Shown here: piece by piece, positions 46,722 to 59,682 of the stretch
Numbering within the stretch: the stretch's first letter is position 1
Layout of the letters: each line of letters opens with the position of its first letter
Assembly: GCA_964530135.1 (NCBI GenBank)
Contig: CAZGXN010000001.1
Coordinates: 4,110 to 68,109 of the forward strand
Direction of reading: 5' to 3'
DNA: 64,000 bases
From: an uncultured Bdellovibrionales bacterium
Lineage (GTDB): Bacteria; Patescibacteriota; Minisyncoccia; Moranbacterales; UBA1568
Position numbers and translations under genes: made by a program
The notes under the pieces: generated by a model
Told to the model about the DNA's origin: nothing
Databases searched by the model: none
Seen by the model: only the letters and a program-made list of their open reading frames with translations

Positions 46722-47987
46722 ATGGATACCTACGGCTATATCATTACTTCACTCATCGTATTCTTCGGACTTGCGAATATTCTTCGCATAGCATTTTTCA
46801 TGATCGGATCAGATGTCTACACGGTAAAACAGGCACTTCGCACAAAACGAAAGAGGCATATTACATTTGGTCTGCCAAGTATAAGTGTCATCATCCCCGC
46901 CCACAATGAGGAAAACACCATCATCCGCACTATCGAGTCCGTCCTAAATGTACGCTATCCTACGGAACTCCTTGAGGTTGTGGTTGTGGACGATGGCTCG
47001 ACTGATCTCACCTACCAGATGGCCGAACGCTATCGACTACTCGTCGATGGCAATTTCAAACTCATCCACCAGACGAACGCCGGCAAAGCCCACGCACTCA
47101 ACAACGGCATGCGCCATCACGCAACCGGCGAACTCATGATGTGCCTCGATGCCGACTCAAGTCTAGACCCTGATGCGCTCCTCAATGCAGCCAGCTACTT
47201 CGTCGATCCGCGCGTCGTCGCACTCTCCGCCAATGTGAAAATCCGCCCGACCGGCACTCTCTTCAATCTGATCCAGGTCTTCGAATACCTCATCTGCTAC
47301 CAGATGAAGCGCGCCCAAACCGTCTTCAATATCGAATACATCATTGGTGGCATCGGTTCTACCTTCCGCCGTTCGGCTTTGATCAATGTCGGCTTCTACG
47401 ATACCGATACCATTACCGAAGACATTGACCTGACAATGAAACTGCTCCGGCTCGGCGGAAAAGACAATCGCGTCATTTACGGCGCAGATGTCATCGCTTA
47501 CACCGAATCTGTTCTTGATTTGACCGGCCTCATTCGCCAGCGCTTCCGCTGGAAATACGGCCGTGCTCAGACCTTCATCAAGAACCGTACACTGTTCTTC
47601 GCCACACACGAGAAGCACTCACGGTGGCTGACCTGGCTCTACCTCCCCTACGCCCTCTTTTCCGATCTCGCGTTCTTCTTCGAGCCGTTCATGGTGTCGT
47701 ACATCGCCTATCTCGTCATCGCGTACGGCGATCTCGCCACGCTTCTCTCCGCTTTCGCGATCGTTGGAAGCTATCTCACACTAAACATCCTGGCTGAAGA
47801 CACGCTTCCTGTGAAACAGAAACTTGCTTTCGCCGCGCTTGCACCATTTATGTATTTCTTCTTTTATATCTTGAGCTATGTCGAATACCTCGCTCTCTTA
47901 AAGACCTATGTAAAGTTTTGGGAGATCCCAGCGAGCATCGCAGCTAAAAACTGCGGCTGGACCCATGTCGAACGCGCCAAAGCCTAA
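46722..47987 (+). CDS. family-2 glycosyltransferase with C-terminal TM helices (processive synthase-like)
   Basis: VIIPAHNEENTI...VVDDGSTDLT (GT-A DXD region) and a QxxRW-like RFRWKYGR motif. Confidence 0.8.
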   Translation: MDTYGYIITSLIVFFGLANILRIAFFMIGSDVYTVKQALRTKRKRHITFGLPSISVIIPAHNEENTIIRTIESVLNVRYPTELLEVVVVDDGSTDLTYQMAERYRLLVDGNFKLIHQTNAGKAHALNNGMRHHATGELMMCLDADSSLDPDALLNAASYFVDPRVVALSANVKIRPTGTLFNLIQVFEYLICYQMKRAQTVFNIEYIIGGIGSTFRRSALINVGFYDTDTITEDIDLTMKLLRLGGKDNRVIYGADVIAYTESVLDLTGLIRQRFRWKYGRAQTFIKNRTLFFATHEKHSRWLTWLYLPYALFSDLAFFFEPFMVSYIAYLVIAYGDLATLLSAFAIVGSYLTLNILAEDTLPVKQKLAFAALAPFMYFFFYILSYVEYLALLKTYVKFWEIPASIAAKNCGWTHVERAKA

Positions 47988-48035
47988 TGTCTCAAACAAA
48001 AACAATACACCGGCCAAAATGACGGTTTTTCACTC

Positions 48036-48962
48036 TTATTGTAATAATGTCCCGAACTTCTTCAATATTTCTTTGCGGAGCCAGAGGCGGTCAGAGGTAG
48101 CATAGTCCCCTGCGAATTTTATCCCCAGTCCGCGCTCGAACAATGCTTTCACTTCGGGGTGCTCGGTATAGAAATGATTGCGCCGCTCTGACAAGCTCGG
48201 AATGCTCATGATCCAATGTGGGTGGCCAAAAGTCTCGAGGGCTGATTTCACCGCCGCGCTCTCGCGTTTCAAAAAGCTACTCCCATCCCAGAGCTCGAGC
48301 TGGCCGATCGTGAACGGAAAGGAGATACCCGCAATAGCGAAGACCTTTGTGTCATCGATAATCGCCTGCGCGACATTCCCTGTAACCGCTGCTTCCTGTT
48401 CGGCGAAGTATTCGGGTATCCAGGTGTCCGATAGGTCGCTCCGCTGCCAGAGAGTGTCAAACGCGCGCCGGTCGCGCTCATGAGTGATAATGGCACCGAA
48501 ATTCAGCGTGTTGGAGAGAATCGCCACCGCAAGGAGCCGCGCGGAAACTGTACTGATTTCACTCCCCTTTCCTCGCTTTTCGAATTCCTCCCAGATAAGG
48601 GTCGCGCACGCGCCTATGGGTTCGATATGCGAGCGCTCTCCGATTTTTTCCTGCCAGTATGCTTCGAAGCCCGGGTGATGGTCATAGACTTCCGTGATGG
48701 TGCCAGTAGTTGCTGCAGTGGCGATGTAGTTCGGATCCGAGACATCCATGACGACGAATTCCGCGGCTGTCGTGCTCGGCTCGGTCCGGTACTCGAGGCC
48801 CCACGCGCGGACCGAACGGGTGACGCTGTTGTTCAGTGCGCCCGGGAGGAGCGCCTCGGCGGTCCGGCCCTCGAGCCGTAGGAGTTCCGCATAGGCGATG
48901 ACGCACGCCACCGCATCGATATCGGCGAACGCCCCGCCAGTAGTAACTATCGTGTGTTTCAC
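48036..48962 (-). CDS. DHH-family phosphoesterase (NrnA-like)
   Basis: YDHHPGF is the DHH motif. A DHHA1-like C-terminus is present. Confidence 0.7.
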   Translation of the reverse strand: MKHTIVTTGGAFADIDAVACVIAYAELLRLEGRTAEALLPGALNNSVTRSVRAWGLEYRTEPSTTAAEFVVMDVSDPNYIATAATTGTITEVYDHHPGFEAYWQEKIGERSHIEPIGACATLIWEEFEKRGKGSEISTVSARLLAVAILSNTLNFGAIITHERDRRAFDTLWQRSDLSDTWIPEYFAEQEAAVTGNVAQAIIDDTKVFAIAGISFPFTIGQLELWDGSSFLKRESAAVKSALETFGHPHWIMSIPSLSERRNHFYTEHPEVKALFERGLGIKFAGDYATSDRLWLRKEILKKFGTLLQ

Positions 48963-49044
48963 AGAGATTCAGAAAAAAGGCCCGGCTAACTTCAAGAGAA
49001 CAATTCCAATTCGACTAAGGGAGCCTTGTATCTGGGAAAAATGA

Positions 49045-49713
49045 TTAGCCACCCATACCGCCGCCGTCACCACCCATCATTTCTTCTTTCTCTTCTTCTG
49101 CCCAGGCATCCAGCACGCTCATCGGCGAATAGCAGCCATCGATTCCGACACCACCATCACTTGTTTTTTTCAGGGCTAAAATTTCCAACGGAGTGTCCTT
49201 GTCTGAATTCAAGAGTAATTTTTTCTTTGCCTCGTCCAGAGTTGAGTAGTCAATTGCCACTACCATCTGGCCATCATTGTCTTTTGAATAACCGTTCCGT
49301 TGGTCGGCAGCTTCAGCGAAAAAATCTGTTAGTTTGCTCGAACCGCTTGTAACCGTGAGAGAGTCACACATGAGAACTTTGCTGCTCATTATCTGTTTCG
49401 TCGTCGAATGATAACCGTATATAGTAGCGATGCCATAGGGCTCATTACTCTCAAATGTTCCTGGAGTAAGACAGTCATTTATCGTACACCGGACTTGATT
49501 TTTGATTCCCTGAGCAATTTTTTCAATGATTACATCTTCACGCTTCTGTGTCTGACGAGACGCCTGCTCTTGAAGTGCGAATGCCATATTATGCTCCCGA
49601 ACTAATCTTTCTACTCGTCCACTTTCTAAGATTTCAAGATTGAGATAAACAAGCCAAGCAATGATTCCGACAGCAAACAGTACGAATGCTACTTCTATTT
49701 TTTTTGAAATCAT
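49045..49713 (-). CDS. hypothetical membrane-anchored protein with a GroEL-like Gly/Met tail (MMGGDGGGMGG)
   Basis: N-terminal TM. 4 Cys in the ectodomain. Unusual C-terminal GGM-type tail. Confidence 0.5.
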   Translation of the reverse strand: MISKKIEVAFVLFAVGIIAWLVYLNLEILESGRVERLVREHNMAFALQEQASRQTQKREDVIIEKIAQGIKNQVRCTINDCLTPGTFESNEPYGIATIYGYHSTTKQIMSSKVLMCDSLTVTSGSSKLTDFFAEAADQRNGYSKDNDGQMVVAIDYSTLDEAKKKLLLNSDKDTPLEILALKKTSDGGVGIDGCYSPMSVLDAWAEEEKEEMMGGDGGGMGG

Positions 49714-49722
49714 AGCTTCTCT

Positions 49723-50259
49723 TTACGAAAACAACTCCAGCTCAACCAGGAGGGCTTTGTATTTTTCGAGGTAGTCCCGCGCTTGCTCGCGGTCGAGCGT
49801 AAAGGCTGGCTCATTCACGATACGATTGCGAATGGCATGAGCCTCGGCGAGTCCAGCATAGCTCTGGAGCTGACCCGGGTGCATATTGGCAAGCCGCTCA
49901 GACATATTTTCACCGTCAAAACCAGACTCCCTGAGAAGCTCATCGGCAAAATGATCAGCCTCTAATATCGCGACCTTGTAATGACTGAGATTTTCACTTT
50001 CCAACCGATGTTCAATAGATTCCCACTTTTTCGTGGCCTCGTTCTTCTTTATCAGCGGGCGCGTCGTACCATAGAGTTGAACTTTCAGATTACCAGTGAT
50101 ACCCCGCATCAGAAGAAGCATAGTAACATTGGCGAGCATGACAAGTGAATAGATGATGAGAAAGGCTTTGAGCACAGCAAAGAGAGCCGATTGGCTAATA
50201 ATGTTCCACAATGCGGGAACGAGGCCGATGACACCCAGTGCGTCAAATTCAGTACTCAT
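49723..50259 (-). CDS. hypothetical membrane protein (2 TM plus a helical cytoplasmic domain)
   Basis: Clean composition. Co-directional with gatCA. Confidence 0.5.
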   Translation of the reverse strand: MSTEFDALGVIGLVPALWNIISQSALFAVLKAFLIIYSLVMLANVTMLLLMRGITGNLKVQLYGTTRPLIKKNEATKKWESIEHRLESENLSHYKVAILEADHFADELLRESGFDGENMSERLANMHPGQLQSYAGLAEAHAIRNRIVNEPAFTLDREQARDYLEKYKALLVELELFS

Positions 50260-50286
50260 ATTGTATATAGTATACCCAATGAACGA

Positions 50287-51747
50287 CTAAAGACTCACTC
50301 GCTTGCCAGCCAACTCGAAAGCATGTGCCATTTGTAGCATGATTTCTTCTTTAAACCAGTCTCCCATAAATTGGCCGCCAATCGGCAAGGCTTTACCCTC
50401 AGTCTCAATAGTACCAATCGGGAACGACAGGGCGGGAACACCGACGAGATTCGCCGTTACCGTATAGATGTCCGAGAAATACATTTTGAGCGGATCTTGC
50501 GTCTTGGCACCCAGTGTAAATGCCACTTCCGGAGTCGTGGGTGAGAAGATAACATCCACCGCTGCAAAGGCGCGCTGAAAATCCTGCCTCAATAACGCCC
50601 GCACTGCTAATGCTTTCTTATAGTAGGCCTCATAATACCCCGCCGACAAAGCATAGGTACCCAGCATGATACGGCGTTTGACTTCGGGACCAAGCCCAAC
50701 TTTGCGTGTATCGAGATAGGTTTCAAGGAGGGTTGAGGTTTTTTCCAGTGAATCCTCTTGATCATTCACCGAGAGACCGTAGCGAATCCCATCGAAGCGC
50801 GACAGGTTGGACGAAAGTTCAGATGGCTGCACAATGTAATAGATCGGGAGGGCAAGGTGTGAATGCGGCAGACTGATAGGAATAATCTCGGCACCGAGCG
50901 ATTGAAACACATCGAGAGCAGCCAGCGCCGCTGATTTTATTTTCGGATCGAGATCATCTGTAAAGTACTCCTTCGGAACGCCGATTTTCTTGCCAGTGAT
51001 GTTACCAGTGAGCTGATCTGCGTATGCCGGAACTGGACGATCAGAGGTAGTGCTGTCGAGTCTGTCTTGTCCGGCGATACGAGACAAAACAAGGGCGACA
51101 TCCTCAACCGAATGAGCGAGAATGCCAATTTGATCGAGACTGGAAGCCGAAGCAATAAGACCTGAACGAGACACACGCCCATAGGTTGGCTTCAGGCCAT
51201 ACACACCACAGAAAGCGGCTGGCTGGCGGATAGAACCACCTGTATCCGAACCGAGCGCCCAAACCGCCATATCCGATGCCACGGCAACAGCCGAACCACC
51301 AGAAGTACCGCCCGCAACGCGCGTTTCATCGATCGGGTTTCTCGTCGGACCATAGGCCGAGAGCTCGGTCGAAGAACCAAGGGCGAATTCATCCAGATTT
51401 GTCTTGCCCAAGATGACCGCTTGGTTACCACGAAGCTTTGTGATAACACTCGCATCATACGGCGAAACATAGTTGTCGAGGATTTTCGAGCCCGCGGTAG
51501 TCCGCTCTCCAGCCATCACGATATTGTCTTTCACAGCACCCGGAATCCCCGCCAAGAGATCGATTGTTTCACCATTTTTCACCGCCCGATCAACAGCTTC
51601 AGCTTCACGGAGTGCCTGTGCTTCACGCACCGTGAGAAAGGCATGCAGAGAATCATCGCGTTCTCTGATACGAGCAAAATACTCGGCCGCAAGCTCGGTC
51701 GCTTTTTTCTCTCCACTTTGAATTTTCTGATGCAGTTCTCGAATCAT
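50287..51747 (-). CDS. gatA: Glu-tRNA(Gln) amidotransferase subunit A
   Basis: Amidase signature GGSSGGSAVAVAS. Confidence 0.9.
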   Translation of the reverse strand: MIRELHQKIQSGEKKATELAAEYFARIRERDDSLHAFLTVREAQALREAEAVDRAVKNGETIDLLAGIPGAVKDNIVMAGERTTAGSKILDNYVSPYDASVITKLRGNQAVILGKTNLDEFALGSSTELSAYGPTRNPIDETRVAGGTSGGSAVAVASDMAVWALGSDTGGSIRQPAAFCGVYGLKPTYGRVSRSGLIASASSLDQIGILAHSVEDVALVLSRIAGQDRLDSTTSDRPVPAYADQLTGNITGKKIGVPKEYFTDDLDPKIKSAALAALDVFQSLGAEIIPISLPHSHLALPIYYIVQPSELSSNLSRFDGIRYGLSVNDQEDSLEKTSTLLETYLDTRKVGLGPEVKRRIMLGTYALSAGYYEAYYKKALAVRALLRQDFQRAFAAVDVIFSPTTPEVAFTLGAKTQDPLKMYFSDIYTVTANLVGVPALSFPIGTIETEGKALPIGGQFMGDWFKEEIMLQMAHAFELAGKRVSL

Positions 51748-51825
51748 ACTAGCAACCTACAATATCCGGTTTTGCTGTCTATACGCTGTTCACTGTTCAA
51801 TGCTGTATGTTCCATGTTCTATACC

Positions 51826-52107
51826 TTAAAACACTGACTTCACTTTGAAAGAACCATCCTGTTTGTCTGGAGCATTCTCGAGGATACGGGCTGCTTCACC
51901 AGAAAGCTGTTCGATATCCGCTGCGGCGTGATGTGGGCCAGACGCCATCGAAGTCTCGGCTGGTGCATCAGAGATATCAACATTTTTTAATTCCTCAAAC
52001 CACTCGAGTACGGCGGAGAGGTCTTTTTGAAAATGTGCCACCTCCGCGCTGGTCAAGCCAATACGGGCGAGGGTGGCAATATGTTTCACTTCATCGGTCG
52101 AAAGCAT
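51826..52107 (-). CDS. gatC: Glu-tRNA(Gln) amidotransferase subunit C
   Basis: VKHIATLARIGLTSAEVAHFQKDLSAVLEWFEEL. Confidence 0.8.
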   Translation of the reverse strand: MLSTDEVKHIATLARIGLTSAEVAHFQKDLSAVLEWFEELKNVDISDAPAETSMASGPHHAAADIEQLSGEAARILENAPDKQDGSFKVKSVF

Positions 52108-52130
52108 AGTCTGAAATCCAGATTTAGAGA

Positions 52131-54796
<2,666 letters not shown>

Positions 54797-54799
54797 AAT

Positions 54800-55402
54800 T
54801 TATTTCCAAGCTGAAAGAAAAAGTTCCGTATATACGCATTTATTCGTCGCAGTACACCAATTTATCGCACCGCCACCATTCAGATTTGACCCAGGATTTT
54901 GCCAGGCGACAAAGCTCTGCACGCGCGCTGTATCGCTCGCCGTGTGATCGATCTTTATCAAGCGATAGTATCGGGTGCTCGTTCCAACAGCATGTTTGTA
55001 CAAACCTGACCCGTCCAGCACCAATTCTAGGGACACGGGCGGACATGTAAAATCAGTACTGTCATAGCTCGCTGTGCAATTCCGATTGACTCCGACCGGG
55101 AAATAGCGAAACGGATCGCAATTCCCGCTCGTCGAAGTCTGACACATATCACCCGTTGACCAATTCTCAAGCCGATAGGCACTATTATTATCCCGAATAT
55201 TACGCGCCACTTCCACTCCTTCCTGGGCAAGTTCCGACGCGATGATAACGCGTTGTGAATCCAATGAATTCCGGTGCGAAGCCGAAAAGAAACTCAGAAT
55301 CACAGCAATCCCTGCCGAAAGCAAGAAACTCGCAATGATCACTTCAACGATCGTGAATGCCCGAACATGGCGAGGTTGAGAAGAGAGTTTCATAGGATAC
55401 AT
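54800..55402 (-). CDS. minor pilin (PilV/GspI-like)
   Basis: RAFTIVEVIIASFLLS. Confidence 0.7.
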   Translation of the reverse strand: MYPMKLSSQPRHVRAFTIVEVIIASFLLSAGIAVILSFFSASHRNSLDSQRVIIASELAQEGVEVARNIRDNNSAYRLENWSTGDMCQTSTSGNCDPFRYFPVGVNRNCTASYDSTDFTCPPVSLELVLDGSGLYKHAVGTSTRYYRLIKIDHTASDTARVQSFVAWQNPGSNLNGGGAINWCTATNKCVYTELFLSAWK

Positions 55403-55405
55403 AAT

Positions 55406-55906
55406 TTACGGACAAGCACTGGGTCCATTTTCGAGGATTCGGCCACTCGGGTACACACAAACAAAGTATGTCGCGCCGCCCTTGGTCAGCCCGATACTCG
55501 TCGTGCCCGATGTTACCTCGCCACGCGGCAGGGAAAATGAGACTGTCGCCGAAGCACTGAAGGTAACCCCCGTCGTTAAACTATAATTCGCCAGCGGACC
55601 GGTCGCCGAACAACTCCCTCCCGAACGATAGAGGTGTGAGAGGCTGTAGCCCGTACTGCCACCAACTACTTGGACACTGAACGCGCAATTATCTTCACCG
55701 ATACTCGTACTCCGACCCGTCAGTGCATAATTTTGGGCTTCCCGTAGTGCAGCGACAATTTCGCGTGATGATCGATCGAGATCGCGTGTTCCACGCGCAC
55801 TCGAGAGTGAGACGAGCGTGATGACACTCACAACACCGATAATCGCGAGGACTATGATGAGCTCGATGAGAGTGAAGCCAGATGCGTCTCTTGGGTGCTT
55901 GTACAT
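55406..55906 (-). CDS. minor pilin (FimT/GspH-like)
   Basis: SGFTLIELIIVLAIIGVV. Confidence 0.7.
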   Translation of the reverse strand: MYKHPRDASGFTLIELIIVLAIIGVVSVITLVSLSSARGTRDLDRSSREIVAALREAQNYALTGRSTSIGEDNCAFSVQVVGGSTGYSLSHLYRSGGSCSATGPLANYSLTTGVTFSASATVSFSLPRGEVTSGTTSIGLTKGGATYFVCVYPSGRILENGPSACP

Positions 55907-55937
55907 ACCCTTCTATTGTACCGCACAACTCGAGAAA

Positions 55938-56747
55938 CTAGACAGGGGGGAAATGGAGCAGCGACAGCCACCATGGGTCGAGTAACTGGAGAAAGAGTGT
56001 TACCAGAGTGCCAAGAGCAAGAAATGGTGCGAAGGGAATCTGACTTTTCAAACCGCGTTTTCCCGACATCAACAGTCCGATACCCGCGATCGCACCAAAG
56101 AAGAATGAGAGGGTGCAGAGCAAGAGGAGAGTGGGGAGTCCGACAGCCGCACCAACCATGCCCGCCAACCAGACATCTCCCATCCCCATCCAGGTTTCTC
56201 GGGAAAAATACACGAGTGCATAAAAAAAGGCTGCGGCGATACCCCCGCCCCACAACATCTCGCGCCACGGTGCGGCTGCGTCAAACCAGGGATAAGGCGC
56301 CAGGTATGTGGCGATCCCAGCATATATGACAACACCGATGACACCAACCAAAAGGAGGACGAGTGGGATCTCCATGTTGCGTGTATCATACAGCGCGATC
56401 GCAAGGAGGAGCGCTCCGAGAAAGAGATGCCAGACCGTGAGGGCTATCTCGGCACTCGTGCCCCCGCCAAATGATAGCGTTCCAAAAAGTGCGAACAGGG
56501 ATCCGGTCGCAATCTCTACCATCGGGTACTGCCAAGCGATGGGAAAACGGCAGTGCCGGCAGTGCCGGCCGAGGAGCAGAAAGGATAGCACTGGAATATT
56601 GTCATACCAACGGATGATCGCATAACAAGATGGGCACTTTGAGCGGCCGCCAAGCGACAGACCGGTCTCGAGGCGCAAAACCACGACATTCAAAAAGCTC
56701 CCAATGATGAGACCAGAGAGAAAAAAGGCAAGTGCCATCAAAAACAT
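55938..56747 (-). CDS. pilD: prepilin peptidase (A24 family)
   Basis: Zn-binding CPSCYAI...CRHCRF and polytopic peptidase core. Confidence 0.85.
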   Translation of the reverse strand: MFLMALAFFLSGLIIGSFLNVVVLRLETGLSLGGRSKCPSCYAIIRWYDNIPVLSFLLLGRHCRHCRFPIAWQYPMVEIATGSLFALFGTLSFGGGTSAEIALTVWHLFLGALLLAIALYDTRNMEIPLVLLLVGVIGVVIYAGIATYLAPYPWFDAAAPWREMLWGGGIAAAFFYALVYFSRETWMGMGDVWLAGMVGAAVGLPTLLLLCTLSFFFGAIAGIGLLMSGKRGLKSQIPFAPFLALGTLVTLFLQLLDPWWLSLLHFPPV

Positions 56748-56793
56748 ATGTATTCAAAAAACATCACGCACGGCCAAATGCTCGCAAGATTAT

Positions 56794-57198
56794 TTAACAA
56801 CCAACGAATGCGGTAATGCCCGTTTCATCCAGCGTCGCCATGCACGGTGTAGTCAAGAGCGCCGACGGGACATCGACCGAAAATGTCTGGCTTGCTGCAG
56901 GACCGCAATCCTGGACGTCATTTGTGATTCCAGCTGCATTGACATCACTCGGAAATGTTCCAAATGACCCCGTAGCATCTGTGTAATCAATCGCACCATC
57001 ATCACATGCTGCAAGTGCCTGTGTCTGGATCGAATGAACGACTGCTTTAAACCGTCCCACCTTCGCTTTTTCCCGAGCACCCGAGAGCGAGACGAGCACC
57101 ACCGAGGCGAGAATGCCGATGATCGCGATGACGATGAGGAGTTCGATCAAGGTGAAACCCCGCTGCCCCACAGACCACTTTTTAAATGCTGTATTCAT
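56794..57198 (-). CDS. type IV major pilin, variant 1 (shared leader and N-helix, distinct C-terminal domain)
   Basis: [14 protein letters not shown]|[20 protein letters not shown]. Confidence 0.8.
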   Translation of the reverse strand: MNTAFKKWSVGQRGFTLIELLIVIAIIGILASVVLVSLSGAREKAKVGRFKAVVHSIQTQALAACDDGAIDYTDATGSFGTFPSDVNAAGITNDVQDCGPAASQTFSVDVPSALLTTPCMATLDETGITAFVGC

Positions 57199-58214
57199 AC
57201 ATCTTTATGTTTATTTACACTACACCCTCATTATATACCGCCGGAAAAAAAAGACAAGGCTTCCGCCCTGCCTTTATTGTTCACACTGCCATCAGACTAG
57301 CAACCTGCTGGAAATGTAACACCATTCTGATCGATAGTCGTGCCGTTGGCTCCTTCACAAGCCGTCGCCACAGTTCCGGTACCCAGATCAAGCGAGTTTG
57401 TCGTGATCTGAAATGTCCCAGCACCGTTGGCTCCACAGCTCGAACCAGCGACCAATGTGAGCGTCCCTACCCAGTTGCTGCTCGCCGGAACCGACACATT
57501 GGTCCCGATGGTGATATCCGCACTGTCGCAGACAAGCACCGCATTGGCCTGGATGGAATGCACCTGCGCCTTGTAGGCTGCGGCCTTCGCTTTTTCCCGA
57601 GCACCCGAGAGCGAGACGAGCACCACCGAGGCGAGAATGCCGATGATCGCGATGACGATGAGGAGTTCGATCAAGGTGAAACCCCGCTGCCCCACAGACC
57701 ACTTTTTAAATGCTGTATTCATACATCTTTATGTTTATTTACACTACACCCTCATTATATACCGCCGGAAAAAAAAGACAAGGCTTCCGCCCTGCCTTTA
57801 TTGTTCACACTGCCATCAGACTAGCAACCTGCTGGAAATGTAACACCATTCTGATCGATAGTCGTGCCGTTGGCTCCTTCACAAGCCGTCGCCACAGTTC
57901 CGGTACCCAGATCAAGCGAGTTTGTCGTGATCTGAAATGTCCCAGCACCGTTGGCTCCACAGCTCGAACCAGCGACCAATGTGAGCGTCCCTACCCAGTT
58001 GCTGCTCGCCGGAACCGACACATTGGTCCCGATGGTGATATCCGCACTGTCGCAGACAAGCACCGCATTGGCCTGGATGGAATGCACCTGCGCCTTGTAG
58101 GCTGCGGCCTTCGCTTTTTCCCGAGCACCCGAGAGCGAGACGAGCACCACCGAGGCGAGAATGCCGATGATCGCGATGACGATGAGGAGTTCGATCAAGG
58201 TGAAACCTTTGTAT
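57060..58214. repeat. tandem direct repeat, period 524 bp (two complete, essentially identical copies plus one partial), spanning the pilin genes
   Basis: The antisense ORFs 57186-57824 and 57710-58303 translate identically over ~165 aa. Pilin 2 and pilin 3 mature sequences are identical. Pilin 1 and pilin 2 share leader and N-helix. Confidence 0.85.
57297..57722 (-). CDS. type IV major pilin, variant 2
   Basis: Same leader as variant 1. Mature domain identical to variant 3. Confidence 0.8.
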   Translation of the reverse strand: MNTAFKKWSVGQRGFTLIELLIVIAIIGILASVVLVSLSGAREKAKAAAYKAQVHSIQANAVLVCDSADITIGTNVSVPASSNWVGTLTLVAGSSCGANGAGTFQITTNSLDLGTGTVATACEGANGTTIDQNGVTFPAGC

Positions 58215-58234
58215 GTTTTATTCATAATTCTCAC
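57821..58234 (-). CDS. type IV major pilin, variant 3 (different short leader [10 protein letters not shown])
   Basis: [10 protein letters not shown]|FTLIELLIV. Preceded by the RBS aggagg. Confidence 0.8.
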   Translation of the reverse strand: MRIMNKTYKGFTLIELLIVIAIIGILASVVLVSLSGAREKAKAAAYKAQVHSIQANAVLVCDSADITIGTNVSVPASSNWVGTLTLVAGSSCGANGAGTFQITTNSLDLGTGTVATACEGANGTTIDQNGVTFPAGC

Positions 58235-58410
58235 CTCCTTTCTTGTTTGTTTTTGTTATGTTCGCACATTTTTATTGTATCGTATTTTTCACTCATACGG
58301 TAGATTTCTGTCAAGCGACTACACAACACACATTCAACACTCTCTCCTCAGTTGTGTGTCAAATGTGATATCTTGACCAGTCCCCAGGCCCGGCTGTGTG
58401 TTCCTTTGCA

Positions 58411-59628
58411 TTACAATTGCCCCGCGATATTGTACACCGGCATAAGGATACCAATCGTGAGGATACCAACGCCGATCCCAAGACCGACGATGAGGATCGG
58501 CTCGATGAGCGATGTCAGATTGCGTGTCATGACTTCGACTTCCTGATTATAAAACTTTCCAATACCTTCGAGCACATGTGCCATACTTCCTGTTTCCTCC
58601 CCGATACGCACCATCTGTGACACGATCGGCGGGATTTCATTGGGGTAGCGCTGAAACACGCCACTCATCACACCACCCGACTTCACTTCTTCTGCCGCCT
58701 TCAGCATGATCTGAGCATAGACCGTATTGCCGATAACATCGCTCGTGATCATGAGAGCGCGGACGACCGGAATTCCCCCCGCCATCAACGCTGCGAGATT
58801 TTCGGAAAAACGCGTGATAAACACATTTTTTGCCAGAGTCTTCATCACCGGAATATGGAGCACAATGACATCCCATTCTCGTTTGCCACTCTCTGATTTG
58901 AGATAATAAAAGAGGCCGACTGCCATTCCAAAAAGTCCGATGGCTACAGCCCACCAGTAGGCATTCATGAAATCACTGAGGCGGATTAGGACACTGGTAT
59001 ACCAGGGGACAGCGACTCCCAGGTCTTTGATGAGGACGGTGATTTTTGGGAGGATAAATGTGATGACAATAAAACCGATCACCCCCGCTACCGAGAGCAC
59101 AAATGCTGGATAAAAAAGTGCGCCCCTGATTTTTGAGGTTAGATGATAGTTTTTCTCGATGCTGTCCGCCGTAAACAAAATGGCGTGCTGGAGATTACCA
59201 GAAATTTCTCCCGCGCGGATGATATTGATGGTCATCATGTCAAACACCTTTGAGTGCTTTTCGAGTGATTCAGAGAATGACATACCGTCCTCGATATCAT
59301 CTTTCATCTCATTCAAGATGGATCGGAGATAGAAGTTATCCGTCTGTTCACCAATCGTCTTGAGTGATGTTACGACCGGAACATGCGCCTCGATGAGCGT
59401 CGCGAGCTGCCGAAAGATCACCATCAACTCTTTTTGGGAAACACCCTCCCAGAGTTTTTGGAGATCGCGCAACATGCCCTGGAGTCCGCCACTCTTTTCA
59501 GATGTTACCTGAAGTGGAATGAGGCCATTCTTTTGGAGAATTTCGATCGCCACCTCGCGCGACAGTGCCTCAACCAAACCTTCTTTGAGGTCTCCGGCTT
59601 CAGTCTTCGCTTTGAAATTAAATTTCAT
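58411..59628 (-). CDS. pilC: type IV pilus inner-membrane platform protein (GspF/PilC family)
   Basis: Two T2SSF repeats. 405 aa. Confidence 0.85.
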   Translation of the reverse strand: MKFNFKAKTEAGDLKEGLVEALSREVAIEILQKNGLIPLQVTSEKSGGLQGMLRDLQKLWEGVSQKELMVIFRQLATLIEAHVPVVTSLKTIGEQTDNFYLRSILNEMKDDIEDGMSFSESLEKHSKVFDMMTINIIRAGEISGNLQHAILFTADSIEKNYHLTSKIRGALFYPAFVLSVAGVIGFIVITFILPKITVLIKDLGVAVPWYTSVLIRLSDFMNAYWWAVAIGLFGMAVGLFYYLKSESGKREWDVIVLHIPVMKTLAKNVFITRFSENLAALMAGGIPVVRALMITSDVIGNTVYAQIMLKAAEEVKSGGVMSGVFQRYPNEIPPIVSQMVRIGEETGSMAHVLEGIGKFYNQEVEVMTRNLTSLIEPILIVGLGIGVGILTIGILMPVYNIAGQL

Positions 59629-59682
59629 ACTCAGGATATTGTATCCATATATTCATCTCCCCGCATCGCCCAACCCACTGAC

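Noticed and set aside
57060-58214. Possible CRISPR-like array because of the regular repeats
   Set aside because: The period is 524 bp, the units are protein-coding (pilins), and there are no short spacers. Not a CRISPR.
57186-58303. Two long plus-strand ORFs (212 and 197 aa) with identical N-terminal halves
   Set aside because: They are antisense to the pilin genes. Their identity simply reflects the 524-bp tandem repeat. They are useful as repeat evidence, not as genes.
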